A stretch of 64,000 bases of DNA from the NCBI GenBank assembly GCA_963789265.1, contig CAWBKB010000001.1, positions 1,024,001 to 1,088,000 of the forward strand, in the 5' to 3' direction. This DNA is from an uncultured delta proteobacterium (GTDB lineage: Bacteria; Desulfobacterota; Desulfomonilia; Desulfomonilales; Desulfomonilaceae). The notes beneath the pieces were generated by a model. It made no database searches, was not told the DNA's origin, and was given only the letters and a program-made list of their open reading frames with translations. Shown here piece after piece: positions 21,800-31,635 of the stretch (its first letter is position 1; each line of letters starts with the position of its first letter). A program made the translations under genes and the position numbers.

Positions 21800-22020
21800 A
21801 CAAGGCTTCGCCGCATGCACTATGTTACGGGCGCTATGTCACGAGCGGGCAGGTGCCTGGTGTCGTTACGCCGATCAGTCGGCGTGGTGAGGTGCATGTC
21901 GACGGGATCGGCATGAAGACCACGGGAGGCTGCGAACCGAGGCGGCGTGAAACGATCTTCCACATCGCCTAGATGACTAAACCGGAATCACTGCTGTGGG
22001 AGCAATGATCCCGGTCAGTT
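21800..22020 (+). pseudogene. N-terminal relic of a beta-lactamase-family serine hydrolase
   Basis: GQVPGVVTPISRRGEVHVDGIG...RRETIFHIA*MTKP: the SxxK catalytic Ser codon is TAG, followed by a frameshifted TAVGAM. Confidence 0.7.
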
Positions 22021-22256
22021 CGCTGAAAGCATCCCAGTCCGGCACTCTGATGGTCATTTTAAAGGCATATCAGCAAATGGGCTGGTAGGGATAAGGCTTT
22101 AGAGATGTATGGCATTTTCCACAGTTGTGGAGGGGCAAATTGGCGCCATCATTATTTCCTCAATAAAGCTCTCAGTCGCTTGAACGCGGTCAGACCGGAC
22201 TAGCGCACAGGTGCAATCCTTAATAATCCAAGCAACGCTGGAACGCATTCTCAGCA

Positions 22257-23684
22257 CTATTTCAAGATGCCCATTCTTCTCTCGAGTATGGCTTGGTTGA
22301 TTCTGTGGCCGATAAGGGATGTGTAGTAGTTCCCCTCAGCCAACGACAACTGCCTCTGGGCGTCCAGTACTTCTATGTACGTGGCCGCCCGGTGTTGATA
22401 CCTTTCCTGGTTGATACGAAAATTTTCCCGGTTGTAGTCCACGGAAGAGCGGTAGTTTGCAACGTCGCTTTCCGCGCGTTTCATGTCCACGTAGGCTGAC
22501 TTGACTTCTTCCATTACTTGTTCAACTAGTTGCTCCCTGGCAACGAAGGCTCGTGCTTCGGTTGCCCGGCGTTCCTTGACGGTTTCCCGCGAACGGAACA
22601 TGTCGAAAGCCCAGGTGAACAGTCCTTGCACTTGCCAGTCATTTACACCTTCCGGGTCGAAAGGGTTCCAGTCGTCATTAATCCGAGTCCCCTGAACCTG
22701 GAGTGAGATTGAAGGCAGCAGGCCGGCTTTGGCGGACTTTATCAATGCAAGTGCCTGGTCCACAGAGATGTTCGTCTGGCGAATTTCAAGCCTGTTTGCC
22801 GCAGCCGTGGCGTAAATCTCGGGGATACGGTACGGGTTCGGACGATAGGCGATATCTTGGACGACTTTGATTGGCGCCTCTTGAGGGTAGCGGAGGAGGA
22901 AACATAGGGTAGCCTTGGCTTGCTCAATATCCGCCAGCGCCTGAGTCTTCTGAACGCGGGCTTGAGCCAACTGTCCTTCTGTGGAGAGGACGTCCACTTT
23001 GGCCACGGTGCCGGCTTTAGAGAATTCGATGGACTGGTTTCGCACGGCTTCCAGAGCACGAATTGCCGAGTCCGCTACTTCGAGTTCCTTTTGACCTTGT
23101 ATTAGCTGGTAATATGCTTCAGTAACGTCAAGAATCAGGTCCTGGCGGTCAACGTCGTACTGAATCGCCTGAAAATCGACACCTAGCTGAGCGTATTTGT
23201 AATCGTTCAACAATTTCCCGCCGGTGAACAGAGCCTGGGTCACAGTCGCGGTGAGCGTGAAGTTTCGGTGCGAGTCTATCCTGTAGGGATGGTGCGGCCA
23301 CAGCCCCTCTCCAGGGATCAGCGGATCTCCTCTTATCGTCCATCGACTGTTTTGCTGCCGCGTCAACTCCTCTACGAATCCCGAGTTCCCATACCTGTCC
23401 GCTGTTGCGTAGTATTGAAGGTCAATGGTAGGAAGGAAGTCTGAGAAAGCCTCACGACGCTGATACTCCCTTTCTCGAACCGCGAGTCGGGAGTCGGCTA
23501 TACGCAGGTTTCTGGCAACAGCTATTGAGATAGCCTCAGGCAAGGTTAACCGCGTGTCTCGATTTCGCGAAGAGTGGCTTGCGCCGGCAGCCTTGGTCAC
23601 GTTCGCCAGTGGAGGTGCCAACACAACGGCCATCCCAATGACCACGGCAAAGAACGCAATCATCGAGGGCTTATACAGATCCAT
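22257..23684 (-). CDS. TolC-family outer membrane efflux protein
   Basis: LTLPEAISIAVARN, DFLPTIDL, VTEAYYQL, ERY..AATYIEVLDAQ. Confidence 0.92.
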   Translation of the reverse strand: MDLYKPSMIAFFAVVIGMAVVLAPPLANVTKAAGASHSSRNRDTRLTLPEAISIAVARNLRIADSRLAVREREYQRREAFSDFLPTIDLQYYATADRYGNSGFVEELTRQQNSRWTIRGDPLIPGEGLWPHHPYRIDSHRNFTLTATVTQALFTGGKLLNDYKYAQLGVDFQAIQYDVDRQDLILDVTEAYYQLIQGQKELEVADSAIRALEAVRNQSIEFSKAGTVAKVDVLSTEGQLAQARVQKTQALADIEQAKATLCFLLRYPQEAPIKVVQDIAYRPNPYRIPEIYATAAANRLEIRQTNISVDQALALIKSAKAGLLPSISLQVQGTRINDDWNPFDPEGVNDWQVQGLFTWAFDMFRSRETVKERRATEARAFVAREQLVEQVMEEVKSAYVDMKRAESDVANYRSSVDYNRENFRINQERYQHRAATYIEVLDAQRQLSLAEGNYYTSLIGHRINQAILERRMGILK

Positions 23685-23761
23685 ACCCCCTTATCCTCTA
23701 AAGCTAAAACTTCAGCCCCACAACAAGCCGGGGAGATACAATAACAAATGACGGCCCGAGA

Positions 23762-23947
23762 TCAGACCATCATCTTAACGAGTACCCTGGCGTCACCCAC
23801 CAAATTCTCGATGGAAACCTTTTCGCTGGGGGCGTGCGCCAAGTGCAAGAGCTTCCCCATACGGCAGCGGGGAGTCCCTCCTGAGAAGGCAGTTTGCAAC
23901 CGTCTGGCCGTCGCGCAAGTCACGATTAGGCCCACATCGGTACCCAT
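23762..23947 (-). pseudogene. C-terminal relic of an M20 (ArgE/DapE-like) metallopeptidase
   Basis: Frameshifted GTPAAVWG...LAHAPSEKVSIENLV resembles the M20 C-terminal His motif (G.P...GPG....AH..E.V.I..L). Confidence 0.5.
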
Positions 23948-24188
23948 CGCGCTGTTCCGGATTGGTCCAGCCCGCCTTAATCCTTATTCATCCGTCGGAA
24001 GTTCTTCATTCCGGCTTTAAGTTGAATCCTACCATATCCCGTGCTCCCACGTCATCCCACCTAACATAATAATAACCTTGAGAGGGAGTGGCTCGTATTG
24101 TTGAGATGAGACCTAAAATGGACGAGAAATCTATGTACGGTGAAAAATCAATACAGCCCGTCCCGCGGCAAACATTAAGGATAGATGG

Positions 24189-24220
24189 GTCGCCCTCCTC
24201 GCGGGGGCGTGGATTGAAAC
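24189..24220 (+). CRISPR. Solitary 32-bp type I-C-like CRISPR repeat (GTCGCCCTCCTCGCGGGGGCGTGGATTGAAAC); no array, no cas genes in window
   Basis: GTCGC start, internal hairpin, GGCGTGGATTGAAAC end and 32-bp length all match the I-C repeat family. Followed by 33 unique bp and GT. Confidence 0.7.
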
Positions 24221-24252
24221 ATTGATAGCTGTTCGCTACACCATGCCACAAA

Positions 24253-24345
24253 GGTGAAGAGGGCTTGCAGTCTATCTCTCGCCATCCGTTTCTGTGGAGC
24301 ATCCGATAGACGGTGGAGTGATGGTATACGATCCTGTCGCGATTC
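24253..24345 (-). mobile_element. IS630-family transposase remnant, winged-HTH segment
   Basis: Minus strand reads HHSTVYRMLHRNGWREI..KPS, matching the IS630 motif STVYRLL.R.GWRK..PRP.HP. Confidence 0.55.
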
Positions 24346-24348
24346 TCG

Positions 24349-25357
24349 TCAGAGGCCCCCGTCCAGCGGCAGGATCTCGTAGCTGGTCCTCACTTCTTGC
24401 CTCGCAGCCATCTCGTACTTCTTCAGCCGCTGCTCCATCTCTTTCGTGCACGAACCTCCCGGGCATTCTTGCGACCCCAGTTGAATTGCCTTTTTCTCGT
24501 GATCGATGGCTTTCAATGGATCCCCCTGCCTGAAATATGCTTCCGCCAGCGTCTCATGAACGAGCCCGTCTTTGCCCCCGGTTAGCTTCAGGGCCTTGAT
24601 TGCCAACTCCATAGCTTTGGAACTGTCTTGAAGCCTCTCATCGGGGCAGGTGAGAAGGAACCATGCCCTATCTTGCATGGACCAAGCGTTATTGGGGCTC
24701 AACTTCTCGACCGTCTTGAAGTCTGCCGAGGCGTCTTTGCACCTTCCCATACGGCTGAAGATCCAGGCCCTCAAGCGGTAGCCCTCTACGAAGTCATGCT
24801 TTGCGGCCAATGCCTGGTTTACGTCCTGAAGTGCTTTGTCCTGATCCTTTAGTCTCGAATAGATGTCAGCCCTTTGAGCGTACGCCCAGGAATAGCTCGG
24901 ATCGAGCTTGATCGCCCGGGAAAAAGCTTGCAGCGCTTGTTCGTTCTTCTTTTGCAGTTTGTTTATGATTCCTTTCTGGCCGAAAGCCTGGGCACTAGGT
25001 TTCTTTTTCAGAGCTGCATCGGCGTCTTCACTCGCTTTATCCAGATTTCCCAGGTGTAGATATGCCCTGGATCGGCCGAGGTACGCTGCGGAATTAGCAG
25101 GATTGGATTTCAATGATTTGCCGAAAAGCGGAAACCGCCTGCTCCCAGTGGTGCCCGGCTAAGGCTTTTTTGCCCGCCACAAAGTCAGGGTCGGCGATTC
25201 CCCTGAACAATTCTCCCCACGGGACGACATAGATTGTTGCAATAATTACTACCGCTATAATCGAGAAGCCCATAAGGCTGTACAAGGTCCAGCCTCGTTC
25301 GTTCCGGAAACTGTTTGCGGCGTTCGAAACGGCCCTGCAACTCTTCATCTGGATCAC
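24349..25357 (-). CDS. Membrane-anchored TPR protein, +1 frameshift at ~25124..25127
   Basis: N-terminal TM in 25094..25357 joins the TPR repeats (AVSAFGKSLKSNPANSAAYLGR) if one T is removed; C-terminal AWFLLTCPD..L.D..KA motif. Confidence 0.8.
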
Positions 25358-25520
25358 CTCTTAACGCATTGGGAATGCCTCATTTGGAGACTTTGCATTG
25401 TACCACCACGGAAGCGGCTGTTGACTCCATGAGTCGAATGGCCGATTATACTTTTCCGCTGACAGAAATCAACGAAGTCGTGTAGGGGACAGTAATCATT
25501 CACTTACGAGCGGTAAAGGA

Positions 25521-25655
25521 TTGTCATTGCGAGCGAAGCGAAGCAATCTCTTCCTTTAAACGCCACTTAGATTGCCAGTGGGACGGGCATCCTGCCCGTC
25601 GTCCATAATAGACAGGCAGGATGCCTGTCCCACTATTTGCTCCTCGCAATGACAA
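25521..25655. repeat. Composite REP/MITE-like element: GTCATTGCGAG..GCAATC unit with a nested GTGGGACGGGCATCCTGCCCGTC hairpin pair
   Basis: Near-identical copy at 39202..39330; outer inverted repeat CATTCACTTA/TAAGTGAATG at ~25497 and ~25676. Confidence 0.85.
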
Positions 25656-25737
25656 GGTGCAGAAGATCCCCCGCATAAGTGAATGGTTTCAGGGGACATC
25701 GAGTCCCGTCATCTTGAGAAAGGGAGGGCTCTGATCT

Positions 25738-26367
25738 GTGGCCGGCCCGACCGTGCCTCCGGTAAAAGTCATTTTGTTTGACTTCGGAGGAGTAATCGCT
25801 GAAGAAGGATTCCGAGAGGGTTTGATGGCGATTGCCCTATTAAATGGCTTATCGCCGGAGACTTTCTTCAAAATTGCCTCGTCGACTGTATATGATTCGG
25901 GCTATGTCGTGGGAAAAGCGGATGAGAGTTCATACTGGAGTTTGATAAGGGAGCGTACCGGAATTACGCAATCGGACACTGAGTTGCGGAGGGAAATCCT
26001 GAGGCGATTTCAGTTGCGCCCCTGGATGTTGGAAATAGTTCGAGAGCTCCGGAAGAAAGGTCATGTTGTCGGGATCCTCAGCGACCAGACACAGTGGCTT
26101 GACGAACTCGACTGCCGCGACCGGTTTTTCTCCGAGTTTGACGTGGTCTTCAACTCCTATCACCTTGGTATGGGGAAGAAAGATCCGGTCGTATTTGTCA
26201 AGGTGGCGGAAAAGCTCGGAGTCCAGCCATCAGAGATCCTCTTCATCGACGACAATAATGGGAATATCGAGAGGGCGCGATCTGTCGGCCTCAGCACAAT
26301 ACTATATCGTGACAGAGTCTCGTTCGTGAATGAAATTGAACAATCAGGCATCCTGAATGGACGATAA
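25738..26367 (+). CDS. HAD-IA family phosphatase (YihX-like)
   Basis: ILFDFGGVI, GILSD, K.DP, ILFIDD...NIERARSVGL. Confidence 0.88.
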   Translation: MAGPTVPPVKVILFDFGGVIAEEGFREGLMAIALLNGLSPETFFKIASSTVYDSGYVVGKADESSYWSLIRERTGITQSDTELRREILRRFQLRPWMLEIVRELRKKGHVVGILSDQTQWLDELDCRDRFFSEFDVVFNSYHLGMGKKDPVVFVKVAEKLGVQPSEILFIDDNNGNIERARSVGLSTILYRDRVSFVNEIEQSGILNGR

Positions 26368-26475
26368 AGCAGGCTTGTAAATTTCAATTACGTAAGCATA
26401 ACCCCAGCGCCGAGAACCGAGTAGCAGCCCGTTTATTACAGGTTTTCATAAATACGGTCGCGGATTTTCACCGTG

Positions 26476-26549
26476 GAGATTGCTTCGTCGTTTCACTCCT
26501 CGCAATGACATTCCCACTCCCTGTCATTGCGAGCGCAGCGAAGCAATCT
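26476..26549. repeat. GATTGCTTCG..CTCCTCGCAATGACA / TGTCATTGCGAGC..GAAGCAATC inverted repeat
   Basis: Same family as the outer unit at 25521; lies between convergent genes. Confidence 0.8.
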
Positions 26550-26596
26550 TCTTCCGTACCGGTGCTTAACGTTACCGTATTTGCGAAAAAGAGCAA

Positions 26597-27592
26597 TTAG
26601 CTCATCTCATAACCGGCCTGTCTCAACATCCTGAGATCATCCTCTGCCGCGCGGCCGCCGGTGGTCAGATATCCCCCAATTATCATGCCATTGGCCCCCG
26701 ATCTCAGTGCCATAGCCTGGAAATCGCACAAGTTGCCTTCACGTCCTCCGGCTATTTTGATTGTCGCTGCCGGGAGTATCAACCGGAATATCGCGACGGT
26801 CTTCAGGATCTCCAGGGGTTCGAGAGGCTCTGCGTCCTGAAGCGGCGTGCCGGGTCTGGGGATAAGGATGTTGATGGGAACGCAATCCACGCCAAGCTCC
26901 GCAAGTGTGAATGCCAGATCCAGTCTCTGAGCGGGTATCTCGCCCATCCCGATGATACCGCCGCTGCATGCGGACAAGCCCTTGCCGAGAACCGTTCGTA
27001 TCGTCGCCACTCTTTGGTCGAACGTGTGTGTGGTGCAAATTGTAGGATAATAGTCGCTCGAAGTTTCAAGATTGTGATTGTAGCGGGTTACTCCCGCGGC
27101 TTCCAGTCGAGAAGCCCTTTTGTCATCGAGGAAGCCCAATGAGGCGTCAAGGGCAATATCCACCTTGGATTTCACCCGGTCGAGACTTTCGAGAAGCGCG
27201 TCAAATTCCATGTCAGATAATGCCCCGCCACTCGTCACCGTGCAGAAACGTGCCGCGCCCATCTCCCGAGCGGCACGAGCGGCTGAGAGGATTTCGTCTG
27301 TAGAGCGGAGCCCGTAGGTTTCGCATTCGGTAGCGTGATGCGCCGATTGAGCGCAGAATGAGCAGTCTTCTCCGCATCGTCCGGAGCGGGCGTTGATAAG
27401 CGAGCACGAGTCGAACTTCCGCCCGCGAAAATTGATCCTGATCCGGTCCGCAACTGCCAACAGCCGCAACAAATACTCATCAGGCGTAGTGAGGAGGAAT
27501 TCTGCTTCCGATCGCAAGATATTTTGTCCTGCCAGGATCCTTTCCTCCACCGAATTGATAAGATTTGAATAAGAGATGTTTTGCAAATTCAT
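26597..27592 (-). CDS. bioB: Biotin synthase
   Basis: NARSGRCGEDCSFCAQSAH (CxxxCxxC), YNHNLETS, CSGGIIGMGE, VPINIL.P.PGTP, GGYLTT.GR. Confidence 0.96.
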   Translation of the reverse strand: MNLQNISYSNLINSVEERILAGQNILRSEAEFLLTTPDEYLLRLLAVADRIRINFRGRKFDSCSLINARSGRCGEDCSFCAQSAHHATECETYGLRSTDEILSAARAAREMGAARFCTVTSGGALSDMEFDALLESLDRVKSKVDIALDASLGFLDDKRASRLEAAGVTRYNHNLETSSDYYPTICTTHTFDQRVATIRTVLGKGLSACSGGIIGMGEIPAQRLDLAFTLAELGVDCVPINILIPRPGTPLQDAEPLEPLEILKTVAIFRLILPAATIKIAGGREGNLCDFQAMALRSGANGMIIGGYLTTGGRAAEDDLRMLRQAGYEMS

Positions 27593-27771
27593 AGGGGACC
27601 TCCGCCGAAAACTTCTTATACACTTGCAAAGGCGCGAAATCTAGTGGCATTGATGTTCTTGCGCCTAAATCCAGCCCGGCCGGGGCACTTGTAGTCAATG
27701 GGTGTGCGACCATCAGACTTCAGCGATCTCCGGCTCTCCCTTTTAAATTTGGGAACAAATTTTCAAGTCGG

Positions 27772-27800
27772 TTGACAATAATCCGATGAGTGGTTATCTA
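27772..27800 (+). promoter_or_regulatory. Putative sigma70 promoter for rpoH
   Basis: TTGACA-17 bp-TATCTA. Confidence 0.45.
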
Positions 27801-27878
27801 AAACCTAAGGCATCGCAGAAGGAGAAGTGCGCGAATCAGACCAGGTTAAATTCTGGAACGATTCTGGAGAATAAGGCA

Positions 27879-28733
27879 ATGAACTATCCGGTTGTATCAA
27901 ACCAACTTGACCATTTTCTGACCCAAGTCAGATCAATCAAGCCTTTGACCGCGGAACGCGAACACGAGCTTGCGGTAAAATACCAAGAAACAGGCGACGT
28001 AGAGGCCGCGCACGAGTTGGTCGTTTCACACCTGCCATTTGTCGTCAAAGTTGCATTTCAATACCGACACTATGCGATTCCCGTGCCGGATCTAATCCAG
28101 GAAGGCACCATCGGGCTTATGAAAGCGGTCAAGAGATTCGACCCTCAAAGGGGATTCCGGCTGGTCTCTTTTGCCGTCTGGTGGATAAAGGCGTACATCA
28201 AGAACTACATCCTGAAGTCGTGGAACTTAGTGAAGCTGGGGACCACGCAGGCCCAAAGAAAGCTCTTTTTCCGCATGGGTGAAATTGGGGAACACCTTGA
28301 CGACGAATCCCGAATGGAACGCATTGACAAACTTGCCCGCGATCTAAGGGTAAAGACTGATGATGTGATTGAGATGGAAGCTCGCGTCAGGGCTCGTGAA
28401 TGGTCTTTGAACGAGACGGTCGGGGAAGACAAAAACCTATCGGCCATGGAAATGCTGGAAGACGGCTCGGCAGATCAGGAAACACAGATGATCGAACGGG
28501 AAACGGAACAACAGCTTTCCCGAGTGACAAAAAAGGCCCTGAAGAAGCTCGACGCGCGCGAGCGCTTTATTATCATAAAGAGATTTATGGACGACTCGCC
28601 GTGGACCCTCCAAAAGCTGGGCGACCACTTTGGAACGAGTCGTGAACGGATCCGCCAACTGGAGAAACGGGCCCTCACCAAGTTGAAGAACGAATTTTCA
28701 CCGCAAATGGAGGCTCTGTCGGCTCCCGCCTAG
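27879..28733 (+). CDS. rpoH: RNA polymerase sigma-32 (RpoH) family factor
   Basis: DLIQEG.IGLMKAVKRFDP.RGFRLVSFAVWWIKA, RpoH box TTQAQRKLFF, region 4 SRERIRQLE. Confidence 0.9.
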   Translation: MNYPVVSNQLDHFLTQVRSIKPLTAEREHELAVKYQETGDVEAAHELVVSHLPFVVKVAFQYRHYAIPVPDLIQEGTIGLMKAVKRFDPQRGFRLVSFAVWWIKAYIKNYILKSWNLVKLGTTQAQRKLFFRMGEIGEHLDDESRMERIDKLARDLRVKTDDVIEMEARVRAREWSLNETVGEDKNLSAMEMLEDGSADQETQMIERETEQQLSRVTKKALKKLDARERFIIIKRFMDDSPWTLQKLGDHFGTSRERIRQLEKRALTKLKNEFSPQMEALSAPA

Positions 28734-29103
28734 AAGCCTTCTCGTTCTCCTGTGGCTGAATCGCCGAGTGTTTCAAATGGCGCCACAGTTCCTAGTGTAA
28801 TCTGTTCTCTCAGTGGGCGCCGACACGGCATGTGAGTCCCGAAGTTTTGGGGTTGCGTGGCATTCCGATGCCTGAATTCGGTCTCGTGCCTTGCACGTCA
28901 TTCCGAGGCGTGCGGGAATCAGGTGGGGCGGGCCATGACCGCCGCTTTGCGTCGGGCATGGCCCGCCCTTGCGGATCGTAGTCGGAATGACATCGTTGGA
29001 TAGGACTGCAAGCGCACACAACGCTGCCCCAAAGCAAGACAGCGTTTGAGGAAATCGACTATTTAGCCAAGTTCCTTTACACTAGGAGTTGAGAGGAGGA
29101 TTC

Positions 29104-29487
29104 ATGTCAACCATTCTTCACGTGGAAGATGAAAGTTCGGTCCGTTTTCTTTACAAGGAAGTGTTCGAAGAACTCGGATACGAAGTCCTTCAAGCTTCCA
29201 CGGGAGAAGATGCCTTGCGTATGCTTCGGGGAAAGCGCCCCGACATTATCATCCTCGATCTCAAAATGCCCGGCATGGGCGGCCGAGGATTTCTAGAGAA
29301 ATTCCATCGGCTCAAGCTGCAGATTCCGGTCGTGATCAGCACTGCCTATCCGTACTTTCGCAGCGATTCGGCCGATCTTAAGGCCGACGCCTACGTTGTC
29401 AAATCGGGTGACATGGGCGACCTGGTCGATAAGGTCCAAGGGCTTGTCGCGAAGTCCGGACGCGTGCCTGCAATGCGCAATCAATGA
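29104..29487 (+). CDS. Single-domain response regulator (receiver)
   Basis: ILHVEDE, ILDLKMPGMGG, ISTAY, YVVKS; GAGGAGG RBS. Confidence 0.9.
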   Translation: MSTILHVEDESSVRFLYKEVFEELGYEVLQASTGEDALRMLRGKRPDIIILDLKMPGMGGRGFLEKFHRLKLQIPVVISTAYPYFRSDSADLKADAYVVKSGDMGDLVDKVQGLVAKSGRVPAMRNQ

Positions 29488-29586
29488 TCTCTGTACGATC
29501 GGTCTAAAGTCGTTGCGAAGACTAATGTCCACTCGGCAAAACCAGCCGGAGAACCCGGGAAGGTCCTGGTGTCGGGGCTAGTGGCT

Positions 29587-29684
29587 CGTCATTCCGGCCA
29601 ACCCCGGACGCCCGTCCGGGGCAGGAGCCGGAATCCAGTTCCGTGGCTTCGCGGGATGGACCCCGGATCGAGTCCGGGGTGACG
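29587..29684. repeat. CGTCATTCCGGC..GCCGGAATCC..GGACCCCGGATCGAGTCCGGGGTGACG palindromic repeat
   Basis: Nested hairpins between convergent genes. Confidence 0.7.
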
Positions 29685-29785
29685 GTCTCATTACTGCGAT
29701 TCAGGTAAATATTTGTGCAATGAGTATAAGAAACAATAACTCCTTGCTCCCCTCTCTTCCTGACAATTATACCTTAACTTATCAG

Positions 29786-30307
29786 CTACCTCGGAAGACA
29801 ATTAGTTTGTCTCAACGCTTCATAAACGATGATCCCCGCAGCAGTTGACAAATTGAGGCTGCGAACCTTGTCCAAATAAATGGGTATCTTGGCCGCGCGG
29901 TTCGGGAAACGTTGAAAAAGCTCCAGAGGAAGCCCCGTTGTTTCCGGACCGAATAGGATGTGATCGCCGAGTTCAAATTTGAGGTCGTGATACAATTTCC
30001 CGCGCTTGCTGCTGGTCAGAACAATCTTTTCCGCCGGAACTGAAGAGATATACTGTTCCAGATCCTCCCATACTACTAGATCGACTTTTTCCCAGTAATC
30101 CAGCCCCGCACGTTTGAGCGATCGGTCATCCAGCAAGAATCCCAGAGGCTTGACCAAATGTAACGTCGCTCCGACGGCGCAACACAGCCGTCCGATGTTG
30201 CCGGTATTCGGGGGGATCTCCGGATGTACAAGAACAACGTTCAATATCTTGCCCGGAGAGTAAGGGAAGGGCTTCCTTGTCAAAGGTCTACTCTCCCTAT
30301 TCGTCAC
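29786..30307 (-). CDS. trmL: tRNA (cytidine/uridine 34)-2'-O-methyltransferase, SPOUT
   Basis: PEIPPNTGNIGRLC, LKRAGLDYW, FGPETTGLP, RSLNLSTAAGI..YEALRQ. Confidence 0.93.
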   Translation of the reverse strand: MTNRESRPLTRKPFPYSPGKILNVVLVHPEIPPNTGNIGRLCCAVGATLHLVKPLGFLLDDRSLKRAGLDYWEKVDLVVWEDLEQYISSVPAEKIVLTSSKRGKLYHDLKFELGDHILFGPETTGLPLELFQRFPNRAAKIPIYLDKVRSLNLSTAAGIIVYEALRQTNCLPR

Positions 30308-31635
30308 AAGGTGACCCGTCCTAACGCGGCAGTCACCAGACCTGCCACATCCGTGATTTTCGGGCGAGGAAGCGCTTCCGACAGGGAAGGGGAGTTGACG
30401 ATCAGAAAGGCATCATCATGCGTGTGCATCCCGGTGAAAATGTCTTTCTTCGTGAATGCGGCCACATTGATCGTAGCTTTCAAATCGTAGCCCGGTCGGG
30501 GCATTATCACTAGGTCAGGTGCAAAGTGCGAGCAGTCGCCGTGGTAAACCTCTTCCTTTGTCTTTACCTCTGCGAAGAGTGCCTCGTCTGGGTTGGGGCC
30601 GGTTTCTTCGATTTGCTCGATTCCCACATCGGCAAGTCGCAGGTTCTCCAGCGCGGCCTTTAATCTGGCACGAACCTCATCTGCTTCGCTCATTCCCAGT
30701 CGTCCTTTGTGGAATCGTTCTTTACTGTTGAGGTATATGCGGTTCGGATCCATCGCGAATGCTAAAGACGAGCTGTCGATATCTTCGGGGGATTGTGGGG
30801 CCGGCCTGCTGAAAGAAAGGTAGCCCAAGCTTTTCAGTATACTATTCAAGTAGACCTGAGTCTTAACACGCGTGAATCCATGATCGGAAAGCACGATAAG
30901 CCGCGAGACCTTCCCAAGCGCGTCGAGCAAGCGGCCGATACAGATATCCACTCGCCTGTAATAATCCAGAAAATCTCGGTGATGGGGATGTGCCTCGTCT
31001 GCATAAGCATCGAAAAAGAAATGATGGAGCCGATCTGTCCCTGTAACCACGCCAATGAATAGATCCCACGGCTGAGTTTTCAGCAAAGTGATCATAATCT
31101 CTTCATGGAGGTTCAGGGTGTCGAAAAGATCACTTATCAGAAAGGACCGGTCCTCTCGGCCTCTCACTGCATCGACGTCCGTACGGTATCTCTTGGATTT
31201 GAGCCACGGAATCAATGACTCAGGATAGACCGACCGCTCCAGGATCGGCGCAACAAATCCGGAAATAAGCATGCCTTTCAAAGGACGGGCCGGATAGGTG
31301 AACGGCAGGTTCACCACTATCGAGGTCTGTGATGCGTCAGTCTGCCAGATCGCAGGGCATCGGATATCATCATAAGAGGGAAGGCGAAGGGAGATTTCAT
31401 TCGGCTTCAAGTCCGTGAATCCGAATATCCCATGCTCACCCGGATTACACCCGGTCATGAAGGAAGCCCAGGCAACCGAAGAGACCGCGGGGAGCACGCT
31501 TTCCATCTGTAAGAAAGAACCGGCTGCCGCGACTTCAGCCAGACGGGGCATCAAGTCGGCTTCAAAGAGGTCATTCAACAGAGAGAACGGCACTCCATCC
31601 AGGCCGATGACAGCTACCTTGCCAGCGTGGCTCAT
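30304..31635 (-). CDS. Alkaline phosphatase superfamily / type I phosphodiesterase-nucleotide pyrophosphatase
   Basis: VIGLDGVP, SSVAWASFMTG.NPGEHGIFGF, TDRLHH, LSDHGF, TGMH. Confidence 0.88.
   Translation of the reverse strand: MSHAGKVAVIGLDGVPFSLLNDLFEADLMPRLAEVAAAGSFLQMESVLPAVSSVAWASFMTGCNPGEHGIFGFTDLKPNEISLRLPSYDDIRCPAIWQTDASQTSIVVNLPFTYPARPLKGMLISGFVAPILERSVYPESLIPWLKSKRYRTDVDAVRGREDRSFLISDLFDTLNLHEEIMITLLKTQPWDLFIGVVTGTDRLHHFFFDAYADEAHPHHRDFLDYYRRVDICIGRLLDALGKVSRLIVLSDHGFTRVKTQVYLNSILKSLGYLSFSRPAPQSPEDIDSSSLAFAMDPNRIYLNSKERFHKGRLGMSEADEVRARLKAALENLRLADVGIEQIEETGPNPDEALFAEVKTKEEVYHGDCSHFAPDLVIMPRPGYDLKATINVAAFTKKDIFTGMHTHDDAFLIVNSPSLSEALPRPKITDVAGLVTAALGRVTL

Noticed and set aside
24121..24188. 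Second degenerate CRISPR repeat upstream of 24189
   Set aside because: Only scattered similarity, with spacing incompatible with a 33-35 bp spacer; not called as an array.
27600..27780. BirA operator for bioB or CIRCE for rpoH
   Set aside because: Only a half-site-like GGTTGACAA, better explained as a -35; no CIRCE inverted repeat.
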